Assembly (NCBI RefSeq): GCF_963506605.1
Contig: NC_083280.1
Location: forward strand, 27,342,001-27,406,000
DNA from: Zootoca vivipara
Taxonomy: Eukaryota
Direction of reading: 5' to 3'
DNA: 64,000 bases
Part shown: one piece after another, positions 34,955-47,104 of the stretch
How positions within the stretch are numbered: the stretch's first letter is position 1
Layout: every line of letters starts with the position of its first letter
The notes under the pieces: model-generated
Databases searched by the model: none
Told to the model about the DNA's origin: nothing
The model's input: only the letters and a program-made list of their open reading frames with translations
Translations under genes and position numbers: made by a program

Positions 34955-35735
34955 CCAAAAGCAAACAAGATGAATTTTAACAAGGAAAAATGTAAAGTAC
35001 TACACTTGGGCAAAAATAAATGAAAGGCACAAATACAGGATGGGAGACATCTGGCTTGAGAGCAGTACATGTGAAAAGGATCTAGGAGTCTTGGTAGACC
35101 ACAAACTTGACATGAGTCAACAGTGTGATGCAGCAGCTAAAAAAGCCAATGCAATTCTGGGCTGCATCAATAGGAGTATAGCATCTAGATCAAGGGAAGT
35201 AATAGTACCACTGTATTCTGCTCTGGTCAGACCTCACCTAGAGTGCTGTGTCCAGTTCTGGGCACCACAGTTCAAGAAGGATACTGACAAGCTGGAAAGT
35301 GTTCAGAAGAGGGCAACCAAAATGGTCAAAGGCCTGGAAACGATGCCTTATGAGGAACGGCTTAGGGAGCTGGGTATGTTTAGCCTGGAGAAGAGAAGGT
35401 TAAGGGGTGATATGATAGCCATGTTCAAATATATAAAAGGATGTCATATAGAGGGGGGAGAAAGATTGTTTTCTGCTGCTGCAGAGAAGCGGACACGGAG
35501 CAATGGATTCAAGCTACAAGAAAGAAGATACTACCTAAACATTAGGAAGAACTTCCTGACAGTAAGAGCTGTTCGGCAGTGGAATTTGCTCCCAAGGAGT
35601 GTGGTGGAGTCTCCTTCTTTGGAGGTCTTTAAGCAGAGGCTTGACAGGCATATGTCAAGAATGCTTTGATGGTGTTTCCTGATTGGCAGGGGGTTGGACT
35701 GGATGGCCCTTGTGGTCTCTTCCAACTCTATGATT
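34955..35735 (+). mobile_element. young 5'-truncated CR1 LINE (ORF2 C-terminus + short 3'UTR)
   Basis: [50 protein letters not shown]; ends ccaactctatgatt. Confidence 0.96.
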
Positions 35736-37381
35736 GTTTGAAAGAGGGGAGGTGCAAGAGGTCTCTCTCTCCCCTCAGGCCTGTGTGTGTCAGACCAGGA
35801 AGCCAAGAGCAAGTTCTGCTCCAATGCCAATAGGACTGGATGTCTGTGCAAGCCAGCCAGTAAATGGTTTTGTGTAGAGCATGCGCCATTCCCAGGAAGG
35901 TGGAAGTCATATGCATTGAATGTGCTTTAAATGTAAGGCATGTGAGCAGAGGTCAAGGGCTACAGGTTGCCCAGCCCTGCTGTACTGGATAGACCTTTGT
36001 CCTATCCAGCAGCAAGATTGTGTTTATGTACAGGGTGATCTTAGGCTCTCAACTGAAGCTACCAACAGGGTTCTTGAGGATAAACACAGAGGATCACATA
36101 CCCTGCCTTGAGCTCTTTGGGAAGCAGCCATAAAGAAGATATATATACTATATATTGAACTAAAAGGGAAAGGGGGGGGGATTCAAACAAAATGAAAGGA
36201 CAACCATCACAGGAAAAACACAAACTATACCTGGGGGCAGCAGGGGCAAGAAGCTCTGTGCCAATCCTTGCTCCCTTTTCTTTGTTCATTTAAGAGGCTC
36301 CATTTTCAATGTCAGTTCCGGAACACAAGAAATAACAGCAGAGAAGCAAGTAACTCGGAACGTGTTGGTGGAGCTCCTTCTCTCACCAGTAGTTACTACC
36401 AGCAGCAGCCTGATCATGGATTAGCAGGACATCCTCTGTGACCAGAGGCATGACTTCTCTCTAAGAGGCTTCAGCACCAATTCCTCTCAATTTAGAAATG
36501 AGGCTTTGACATCTGTCCTTTCTAAACAGGAAGGGAATCTATTCCACAAACATTAACAGAAACTAGAAAACCGCATTATTCATGCTGGAGAGCCGGTGTG
36601 GGGATGAAAGTGAAGGGTGTCTGTTAGGCTTTGCTTTCTATTGCAAATTGGGAATTGGAAATGTAATGCTTGCTAGACCGAATCTTGTACCCCAGTGGAA
36701 AGGTTTGGCAGATTACATGGTTTTGCTATTAGTTAGTTTCACTTCTTCAAAGGAAGAACGGGAGGTGGAAAGAGAATGTAACTAAAGACACTCTGAAGAA
36801 GGCTGCATGCTTTCAGGATCATGAACATGCTCCCTGTACACAATGTAGCAGGAAATCAAGAGAGTTTAAGAGGTCTTATTTCAGAAAACTTGGTCGTTGG
36901 GTTTGGCCCTATTCCCTCTCTCTTAGAGCTCCATGCTGGTGATTTCTTTGCATGCCTCAATATATCCTTGATGCAAAAAGGTGAAAATGCAACAAATTGG
37001 TAAGGATGTTGGTTGGACATTCTGTCTTCTGATTTAATAACCCTGAAACCAGTTGCCCTCTGTTGACCCATACCTAGTCTGCTTGTAGTAGCTGGTACCT
37101 CAGGCATGGTTGTACAGTGAAAATGTGATCTCTTTCAGAGTGATTGAACAAATCAGCAAAATCTGGACAGTCTGAGACCAATGAGCTAATAAGTATGGGT
37201 ATCCATGACATGCAGAAGTGTACAGTATCCAGAAACCATGAGAGCTTGAGGCTATAGAAAAACAAAAAGCAACATAAATTGTGGAGATGGTGCCATATCA
37301 TCATCCCATTATGTTCCAAACCATCTTTATTGAAACCTACACAACTTAGGAGACCAGTTCTAAAGATAACATCTATCTAGG

Positions 37382-37517
37382 TCAAGGATGGGGGGGTTGG
37401 CCCTTCAGATGTTGCTGGAGTACAAATCACATCAGTTCTGCCCATTGGCCATGCTGACTCAGGCTGACAGGAGTAGAATCCAACAACATCTGGAAGCCAT
37501 AGGCTCCACATCCCTAA
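37382..37517. mobile_element. degenerate palindromic hAT MITE
   Basis: ggcccttcagatgttgctgga.tacaa...caacaacatctgga. Confidence 0.6.
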
Positions 37518-37679
37518 TGTAGGCCATAAATATAGGCACATGTCCATCTGGTGCTTTGGGAGTCACAAACACCCGCAAGCTGAACTCCCTTCTTCACTGC
37601 GAGGGACAAAAGAAGCTTTGTCCTGGATGTTCCTTTGTTATATATACTTACCTAACTACATGAAAACATTTCTCTATAA

Positions 37680-37814
37680 CCAGGCCTTTGGCTGATTGGA
37701 CAATCTATGGATTTTTAAATATGTAAGGGGGATTATTGGTTTGTTTTTGTTTTCATTACATTATGTATTTTGTGTTCTGATTTTGTATTTTTATGTTGTG
37801 AACTGCCCTGAAGG

Positions 37815-37815
<1 letters not shown>
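37680..37815 (+). mobile_element. L2 3' end fragment
   Basis: caggcctttgg...tttttatgttgtgaactgccctga followed by an (AAT)n tail. Confidence 0.6.

Positions 37816-37870
<55 letters not shown>
37816..37870. repeat. (AAT)n microsatellite
   Basis: About 18 perfect AAT units. Confidence 0.97.
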
Positions 37871-37955
37871 TCATCAATGGTTCACCATCCCTGGAATGGC
37901 TGCCTTATTCTGAATTGGCATCTTAAATCTATGCTGTTACCATGAGTTTTTACAG

Positions 37956-38205
37956 CAGGGGTTCCCAAACTAAGGCCCAGGGGCCGGATGTGGCCCAATC
38001 GCCTTCTCAATCCGGCCCGTGGATGGTCCGGGAATGAGCATGTTTCTACAAGAGTAGAATGTGTGCTTTTATTTGAAATGCATCTCTAGGTTATTTGTGG
38101 GGCATAGGAATTCGTACATATTTTTTTTCAAAATATAGTCCGGCCCCCCACAAGGTCTGAGGGACAGTGGACCGGCCCCCTGCTGAAAAGGTTTGCTGAC
38201 CCCTG
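37956..38205. mobile_element. hAT MITE (caggggt family)
   Basis: TIR caggggttcccaaact/aggtttgctgacccctg; perfect TSD ttttacag; second copy at 61666. Confidence 0.93.
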
Positions 38206-39097
38206 TTTTACAGCAAACTGGAGAGTTCACTGGTATATACCTATGGGGCCCCAATACCTAAATGTATTGCTACAATTATTCTTTCTGGAGGGATGTATCC
38301 AGCTTTCACTAAGTAGACATTATGAATAAAAATTTGCAAAGGACATGAATAAATCTCTGATGATAGCCAGCATGTGTTTTATTTTCATTTAAAAGGAGTG
38401 AGGTTCTGAGGAGAGCCTTGCTGGTTCATAGGGAGGGAGTGATATCAATAAGCTGACCACCCTCTGAAGTTGTAGTGGGAGGAAAAGAATATATAGGAAC
38501 CTGGCGGAGTTTGGATTACAGGTTTGCTTCAACTCTGCAGAGAGTTCCAGCTCACCCAGCTCAGCTTACTGTGCAGAGGAATCCAAATGCAGGCTAAACA
38601 TGCCTGTCCTCAGCTGAACCCAATTACAAATGCCATATAAGAAATGTTGCTTTTAGCCTTCCTTGTTTGGAAGAAAAACAAATGGCATTGTAAATGTTGG
38701 ACTCTGGGAGTTTCGCAATAACAAGCTGAAGCACATTTCCCTGAGAGAACTCTGTAGCTGGGGATGACTGGGTTTTTTTTGAGAGCAGATTGACAGTGCC
38801 ATCATGACGTATGACATATATCAATTACAGTGACTATGCTGTGAATGTTGGCTTCAACATTTGAATACTGACAGTCCGCGATAAAATTCTGTGGTTATCC
38901 AAAATCTACAGGACATATCAGTAAATGTTGATGGTCACTTATATCCAATTGTTGGCCTTCACTGGTGTACATCCCCCCAAAAATTGGCCATTTCATTATA
39001 GTTTCTGGCATTCGCAAAATTCACCTAGGTTGGAATCTTAGGATGATCTGTGAATGACCCCATGACAAAATTTTAGACAGTCACTATAAAATGTATA

Positions 39098-39452
39098 AGG
39101 GACCCAAGTGGCGCTGTGGTTAAACCACTGAGCCTAGGGCTTGCTGATCAGAAGGTCAGCAGTTCGAATCCCTGTGACGGGGTGAGCTCCCGTTGCTTGG
39201 TCCCAGCTCCTGCCAACCTAGCAGTTCGAAAGCACGTCAAAATGCAAGTAGATAAATAGGAACCGCTACAGCGGGAAGGTAAACGGCATTTCCATGTGCT
39301 GCTCTGGTTTGCCAGAAGCGGCTTTGTCATGCTGGCCACATGACCTGGAAGCTATACGCCGGCTCCCTCGGCCAATAATGCGAGATGAGCGCGCAACCCC
39401 AGAGTCGGTCACGACTGGACCTAATGGTCAGGGGTCCCTTTACCTTTACCTT
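39098..39452 (+). mobile_element. Sauria SINE, full length
   Basis: gggacccaagtggcgctgtgg head to cctttacctttacc tail; TSD tataaaatgtata. Confidence 0.95.
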
Positions 39453-39592
39453 TATAAAATGTATACACTCTTTTTTCTTTTGTTCCACCATCATCTCTGG
39501 TCAAACAACCAGCATGTGAAATGTTTCCAAGCATATCCAGGTATGACTGGGAAGGACTCCAGCATGAAATCTTGCTTCATTTTGAGCTACAT

Positions 39593-40464
39593 CAGTGATG
39601 GGCAACCTTTTGAGCTTGGTGTGTCAAAATTCGCCCAGAAACTGAGCATAACTCGGGTGGTGTGTCACTTCAAGAGAAAAAAAACCATAATTTTGTGATA
39701 TTTATAGTTTAAATAACAAAAAATGTATAATTGTTTCACCTTTAAAAAAAGGAAAAAGGGGAGGGGGGAAATTATTAAAGTTTTTGTTTTTTAAAATATA
39801 TTTAAAAGGGGGGGGGGGGAATAAGGCAAAACACAGAGATCTTTCCCAGTGGGACTCTGGGCTTAGGCTTTCCTCCAACGGGTCTGCCGCTGGGGAGGTG
39901 GGCTCGGGTTGTGCCTGTGCCTCCTTGTGGCCCTCTTCAGCACACCTCTCCCCTCACTCGGCTATGCTTGCGCGGCGGCGGGGAAACAGGGTAGGGACTT
40001 CAGCTTACTTGGGTGTCTCTTCTCTCTTCCTGGGATGGCGGCGAGGTGGTGGCGGTGGCAGCAGCGAGGTCGGGGTTCTTCTACCTCCTCCAAGGGCCCC
40101 CTCTTCTCCCTTGAGGCGGGGGCGACGGGGACGGCAACAGAGCGAGCGGACCTTTGTTCTCCTTTGCCTTGTTTTTCCTTCTTTTCTCCCTCCTTTCTGC
40201 AGTGGCAGTGGGCCCAGGGCTTCTCTTTCCAGTGGCTCGGGAGCCCATCCGGCAGCTCCTGCAGTGCTGGTCACTTTCAGGAGCTCCGCGGCTCCGTGCT
40301 GACCGCCATCTTGCCTTGCCGGAAGTCCACAAGGCCCCCAGAGATGCGTCACCTGCAGCATTCTGCCGCCGGCTGGAAGTGGGGTCTCGACATGCGGCCG
40401 CGTGTCACCAAAAATGGCTATGCGTGTCAGTGCTGACACACGTGTCATAGGTTCGCCATCACTG
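39593..40464. mobile_element. non-autonomous hAT element (OposCharlie1/hAT2-like ends) carrying captured host-like sequence
   Basis: TIR cagtgatgggcaacct/aggttcgccatcactg; perfect TSD agctacat (39585-39592, 40465-40472); tgacac/gtgtca subterminal repeats. The family name is from recall. Confidence 0.92.
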
Positions 40465-42666
40465 AGCTACATGGACGCAACAGTTTGAGTTGGTATAAGG
40501 CATCTTCCTATGTTCTTACAATGATTCTTACTTGTTCAAGATTTATCTTTCAGTTCTATATTGAAGCTATGCCTCTTCTTTTGCTTATTTGGCACTGCCG
40601 CCTATTCCCCTTTTCCTCTGGTGCATGTATGGCATATCGTTCATGTTTGTATGCTCTCTGTAAGACACTAGAAGCAATTGTGTGTTGACGATTGACAGAA
40701 GTGAAAGTCTATGCACATTGAAGACTTCTCTGCCAGCAACATTTTCCAGCCATTTGCAGGGACCAAAAGCTGCACATTAAATGTCATGAACACTGTTTCC
40801 TTCATATGCAGTTCCAATAATTCACAGTCAGTGCAGGCACCACAGTGGAACTGATAAGGGGCTGGCCATTCAGGACAAAGGGGGTTGTGTTCAGTAAGGA
40901 TCCTAAACACCACATAATGTGATCAAGCCACCATTGGCACCTGTTGGTTTCTAGCATGGTGGCTAAGAGTATAAATGTGCCAATGTGACTGAGACACTTG
41001 ACAAGTTTACAGCAAACCTCTCCTTCCATCAGCCCAGTTTTTGCCAATTTTCCAGGAGTTGGCTTCCTGTGGTCTTATGGTATCTGATCATTCCAGCACT
41101 TACCCATTATTCCGGCTTCCTAATGGGGAATGCATATGTGGGAAACGGCTTTAGGAAATCCATGAGGCAACATGGAAGAAGACACTGAGATGGCAGTGGA
41201 AGAAGGAAGCCAAGAGATGCAAGCCAATGAACTTAAAACTTCCCCCGTCGTTGTTGGTTTTTTAAGGCCCATAAACACTGCTGGTACCACCATACTCATG
41301 AGTGCTATTAATTCACTTGGTAGGGGGAATGCACTTTCACACACATCCATGGAGACATGAAAGCCAGTTCCTTGCATTGTGACCCCATGTGTGAAGGAGC
41401 TACTTGTGAATGACGCAACTGTCTGGAGAGACAGATCACTTCCTGCAGCTTGATATTACTTTATTCTGCAATGCAGAGGACAGAAATACAAGCTGGTTGA
41501 CTAGTTTGACTTGTGCAGGTGGGCAGTTTGGAGTGGTGAGTTTTAAAAATGCCAAGCAATTCACTTATTCCCGTTTTAATCATGGTTCCTATAGTTGACT
41601 AAGATACCATTTATCATTCCCATCGCCGCCGTTTGCTCACATTAGAACAGACATCTTTTCACCTTTCAGGACTATAAACACCAGAGCCGTTCCAAAAGTG
41701 AGAGTATCATAGCCTTAGAGGGAGCCAGCAGCAGCTTTTACTGCTCTAGGCTCTGTCCCCAGAGATCCTTGACATTGTCAATTGAGCTCCCTGGCTACAA
41801 TAAAGTCCCTTTGTGAAACTCGGAGTAGGGCTCCGTTTCTTCCTGATGTAAATCCCCAGCACATATTGTAGATTACACAACAAAGGTGAACTTAGCCCAG
41901 AATTTTTATCGTGCATTGCTATGCTGGCTACCTTATCCCTTCTTATGCAAGGTGATTTAGACTCAGCTTCCTCTTCTGCTGATAACAGCCCATGTCTCTG
42001 GATCCAACATCTTGCCTTAATACAGCTCTCTCGACTGTGGAATGTATTTCAGTAACAGATCAGCTGAGGATGTTTTTCCCATTGCCCGGCAGGAGACAAA
42101 AGATGCGTTCTTCACTTTTCTCTTAGATATTTGCTTAGAAAATGAAGACAGTGTAGGGGGGGGGACCGGCGGCTAATCCTTTAGTATGTTTCGGGTCATT
42201 GTTCATGATGAATAACAAGTTTGGCATCCACCCATTAAAAGCTTGGGATTTTCTCTAGCTGGAATTATTTTAGCTTTTCCTACATCAGGAGGCTCAGGGC
42301 CAGTAGTGTTTACGCCCAATGAAGTTGTAATGTTTTAAATCATGTTTAGGAGATTAGCGGTACACTGTGGGTTCCTCCTGTTGCTGCTCCTCTCTCACAT
42401 AGGCATCCCCTTCCTTCCCTTTTCAGAGCTGATGACTGTGGAGCTTTAAGTCTGCACCAATGTTAGCACCAACCCTGGTTAGCTTTAACCAGACTTTGCA
42501 AACCTGCTTCAGACTCTAATTGCAAAGTTGGGGTAGCATTCACATGGTTAGGAAATCGGGAATGTTATATACAACTGACCTGTGAAACATTTTACCCAAT
42601 GCAGTCATTTGGATCGGTTCTTTTTAAAAAAAAAAATTAAAAAAAACAGCAATTAAAAGAATAAAA

Positions 42667-43270
42667 CATAGAATCATAGAGTTGGAAGAGACCACAAGGG
42701 CCATCCAGTCCAACCCCCTGCCAAGCAGGAAACACCATCAAAGCATTCCTGACATATGGCCGTCAAGCCTCTGCTTAAAGACCTCCAAAGAAGGAGACTC
42801 CACCACACTCCTTGGGAGCAAATTCCACTGCCGAACAGCTCTTACTGTCAGGAAGTTCTTCCTAATGTTTAGGTGGAATCTTCTTTCTTGTAGTTTGAAT
42901 CCATTGCTCTGTGTCCACTTCTCTGAGGCAGCAGAAAACAACCTTTCTCCCTCCTCTATATGACATCCTTTTATATATTTGAACATGGCTATCATATCAC
43001 CCCTTAACCTTCTCTTCTCCAGGCTAAACATACGCAGCTCCCTAAGCTGTTCCTCATAAGGCATCGTTTCCAGGCCTTTGACCATTTTGGTTGCCCTCTT
43101 CTGGACACGTTCCAGCTTGTCAGTATCCTTCTTGAACTGTGGTGCCCAGAACTGGACACAGTACTCCAGGTGAGGTCTGACCAGACCAGAATACAGTGGT
43201 ACTATTACTTCCCTAGATCTAGATGCTATACTCCTATTGATGCAGCCCAGAATTGCATTGGCTTTTTGCA
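42667..43270 (-). mobile_element. young 5'-truncated CR1 LINE, same family as 34955-35735
   Basis: ORF 42738-43280 is nearly identical to 35040-35669; (ctatgatt)n tail. Confidence 0.96.
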
Positions 43271-43650
43271 TAAAATGCATGGTTGAATCAAAAGCTCTTA
43301 TATTAGTTTATTCATGCATCTCCCTCTCCAGCAGCATGGCGGTGGGCTTGCAGTTTGTCCAGAATGATATGGGAGGTGTACACACAGGTGCTGCTGCCAC
43401 CTGAGAAAATGTAGGTGCTTGGAAAAGACCAGGAGAATTTCACTTTTTCGTCCAGGTCTGATTGGAATAAGCATTTCTGTGCTTCAGTCCCACTCATGTT
43501 GTTTCCTTCTTGCTGAACACCCCCTGGTTATTGCCTTAAATGCCTTGCCTTGCTTTCTACAGGTTCTATAATCCTCCTAGCTCCTTCTCCGAGTCCTTTC
43601 TTCCAGTCAGTGGCTGCATGCGAGGTGAAAATGATCCAGCTTCCACACAC

Positions 43651-44100
43651 TGTGATGAAGTCTTCTATTGTTGCAAGCTGGGGTCTTTTGTTGTGGGGGG
43701 GGGAGCAGTTAGGCTGTATGTCTAAATCCCTTCTAATTCCTGGATCCAGCAAGAATTCAATTGTTGGACAAGGCGAACCAACTTCTGAGTTAATGCCCCC
43801 CTAAGTATGGGTCATTAAGGTAACAAACGAAGCGGCTCTGTGCCAGAGAACAAAAGCCCTTTCCCTCACCTGGCTCGTAGTTAAAAGGACAAAAGCCAGA
43901 GTTGAGTTGTGTGTGGGAACTAAAAAGCTAGAAAGCGGCAGCAGGCTGAAGCCAGTGAGGGAAAGACGTGCTTGATTTCTGCTGGTATGCTAGGCTATGG
44001 GAGAAGAAAGACCTTCTGGGGGTGTTAATGCTGCAAGGTATAAAGAAATATATATCCTAAAGACACCACAGTCCCTCATTATAAGGAAACTGAATAAGGT
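43651..44100 (+). mobile_element. possible degenerate solo LTR
   Basis: TGTGATG start, ttaaaagg TATA-like box, taaagacaccacagtc segment. No TSD found. Confidence 0.35.
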
Positions 44101-44739
44101 GAGAGCTTGGAACTCCTGGAATCTCACCTTGCTCAGAGATTGGGGTGGCATGCAACAATGCGATAACTGCCACCAGCGAATGAATTAATCATAGGATCAC
44201 CCCCCAAGACATGATCCATTCTTTGGCCTCCTGAACAACAATGATGAATCTTGTTCTGCTTCCTGCTGTAATTTGTTCTATAGGGACTCTGGATGCCTTT
44301 GGGCAATATTGGCTCTTTATAAGAGCATCCCCAGGCTGACTTTCAATTTGGTTTTAGGATTTCCCAGTCTGCAACTCTCCTTCAGTGCCATAGCAACTCT
44401 GTTTCCCCTCCCCACAGGCAATGTTGCGGCAGACGGATGTCATGTCCCGAAGCAGTTTGTCTGGTCTGTCAGCTGCAGCCATCCAGAATGTCTTAAAAAA
44501 TCATTTACACTCTCAGTGTACGCTTGGCAAGCGGACTGTACACTTTGGGCTCCAGTGCTCGGCCGTCAGCCCTGGAAGCAGCTCTTATTAATTCAGATCC
44601 ATGGATCTACTTCGCATGGAGTGTGTAACTTTATCAGCAGGGGAGGGTGAAGGGGTACTAGAGCATCTTCTCCTCATTCTCCCAAGCCAATCCAGAATGG
44701 ACTCTAACCCCTGGACTGTTAGCCAGCACGGAACAAACT

Positions 44740-45235
44740 TAGGTGAATTTGTCAATTTCAGATCTCTCGATTTCTTGCTGTTTCCAGTCTTTAAGTTCAG
44801 CTCTCCACATTTCCACACCAGTTTGTAAACAAAAGTCCTCATAAAAGTTCATCGATATTTTCATGCAAATTTCTCCTAATACACACATGTTAGCACGCAC
44901 TTTCCCCCAACATTTTAATTTTTTTATTAGCCACCCTTCACCCTCCAGACCCAAGGTGGGTTAATGCATTAAAACACCATATTAAGAAGAAGTTTAAAAC
45001 AACTTCCAATCATAAACATAAAAATAATGCATTTTTGTGTGTTACTTTCACTAATACAGGCACATATGTATGTGCACACTTTATTCCAGCAGATACCCGT
45101 TGGTGTACATTTCTTGGCCAGAGAACCACACTGTGAAATTCAGAAAAGTGTGACTTTTAAAAGGCACCTGTGTTTTGGTTTTGTATTGTTTCAAAAAAAA
45201 ATGCAAAATGAATCAAAATTATCCCCCATTCCTAG
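44740..45235. mobile_element. old AT-rich DNA element (family of 5480-5870)
   Basis: Inverted similarity to 5480-5870; ends tcccccattccta. Confidence 0.55.
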
Positions 45236-46379
45236 GGGCAAGAGACTGACAGGGTGCTTGTTGAGACTTCAGCACACCGTTCTGTCTCCCAGCCTTTAAT
45301 TCCTAGCCCTACTCAGACATTCTGCTATGGAGGTGTTGCAGGGTCACATGCTGCTTCTGCCGTCTCCACCGGCCTTCCCACATTGAACAGGGAAGTCTGA
45401 AGCGGGGTCGTAGGTGTGTAAAACTAAATGTTACTACATCCCTCCCTCCAATTGAACAGGGTTCACAACCACAGGGAAAACTGTAAGCCAAATGCACTTA
45501 CAAGCTCCCTTCACACCTTCCCAACCAACACATCGTTCTCCACGGATACAATTTAAGAATGCCTGTATTCAGTTTCACAACTTGATGCCTTTCAGGTGTC
45601 ATTGCGCTCTACCTCCCATCAGCGCCAGAAGGCATGGCCCAAGGTCAGGACACTGTAGTCCCAAACATCTAAATGTCCCCTGCTTTGCAAATGGCGGGCT
45701 ATTATCTCCCAACGATCTAAGAAAAAAATGCAGGGCTGGAGGAATGACAGGCAGAACAACCGCCATTCATAGCCTCTCCCAAGTAAGAAGGCTGCCCAAG
45801 TCAGGCCAACTAAAAGATTTTATTGTGGTTGTGTGGGGAATCGTATTTGTTCTTTCCATGCTGAAGAAAGCAAGGCTTCTAACGCTGCAATCTTATACTT
45901 GTCTTCCCAGAAGGAAATCCCACTAAGTTCAGTGGGGCCTTACTCCCAGCTAATTGGGTAAAGGAATGCCATCTAAGGTAACAAAACGCAGGAGACTGCA
46001 TCCCCTAACAGCCTGTTGTGTACAGTGATGGCAACTTGAGAGTGATGGGGGGGGACAATGTCACGCACGTGATGTCAGGACATCAGGCGTAGCCAGGGGG
46101 CGGAGCTGAATGTGGCGGCTGTGCAACTTCAATGGCCTCTGCCTCTGCCTCCACCTCTTCCTGGTGCCGCCACTAGCAGGAGGTTGCTTCAACCCTCCTT
46201 CCCCTCCATGGCAGGAAGAGAAGAAGAAGGACCAGGCCACTAGAGCCATGCTAAGCTCAGCTCCATGCTTTGCCTCCATGCTTTTTTGCAATCACACAGG
46301 GTCCCCGGACATTTAACCGTCTATTGATCCCTGTGCCTGACTGCTGCCACCAATCACTTAGTCCAGACAGGGTTTAGAA

Positions 46380-46675
46380 CAGGCATCCCCAAACTGCAGC
46401 CCTCCAGATGTTTTGGCCTACAACTCCCATGATCCTAGCTAACAGCAGGGCCATCTTAAGTGCCTCTGGCACCCCCGCCCCGCCCCATTTCCCAGTGCAG
46501 AGCGGGCGCAGCTCTGCAGCGGGCAGGTGGGTGCAGCTGTGCAGCGCCCCCTGGCGCCCTGCACCACCCAACCTGGCCGTAGAGCCGGCCCTGGCTAACA
46601 GGACCTGGCTAACAGTCAGGGAAGATGGGAATTGTAGTCCAAAACATCTGGAGGGCCGAAGTTTGGGGATTCCTG
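46380..46675. mobile_element. palindromic hAT MITE hosting a nested hAT insertion
   Basis: Same family as 15153-15288; perfect TSD gtttagaa. Confidence 0.92.
46446..46593. mobile_element. GC-rich cagggcc-family hAT element nested in a MITE
   Basis: cagggcc/ggccctg ends; TSD gctaacag; inverted homology to 4047-4354. Confidence 0.9.
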
Positions 46676-46683
46676 GTTTAGAA

Positions 46684-47104
46684 TGTGAACACAAAACTCC
46701 AATTTATTTGTCACAGATTACAAGCTTATGCTTACTCAGATAGTTTTCTGTCAATGTCTTATCTTTAGTTCCTATACCTTCCTATACCTTCCACCCTCAA
46801 GTTCACAATCCAGCCAACCTCCTCCCAGTTTCCAACCAAACTGTCTAGGTTCTCATCTGTTTCTCTCAGACACTGACTATGTCTGACTCAGACTTGCTTT
46901 CTCTCTCACGGACTAAATCAACCCACAGACTCCGCTCTTAAAATTCTCAACTCTCAACCCTCCACTCTCAGCTCTCAACTCAACTAACTACAGTAACTCT
47001 AAAACTCCCCCAGTGCTTTTCTTATACCTTAGCTGACTCCCCCCCCCCCCGGTTCTCATTGGGCAGACATTTAACTCTTTCACTCTCATACTGGGATTAC
47101 ATCA
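46684..47104 (-). mobile_element. probable solo LTR
   Basis: TGT...CA ends. On the minus strand: CCAAT (~47058), TATAAG (~47022), AATAAA (~46703); strong purine skew in between. Confidence 0.5.

Noticed and set aside
39784-40450. Several 80-175 aa ORFs in the Pack-hAT cargo
   Set aside because: GC-rich chance frames; the ATG in AAGATGGCG opens only MAVSTEPRSS*.
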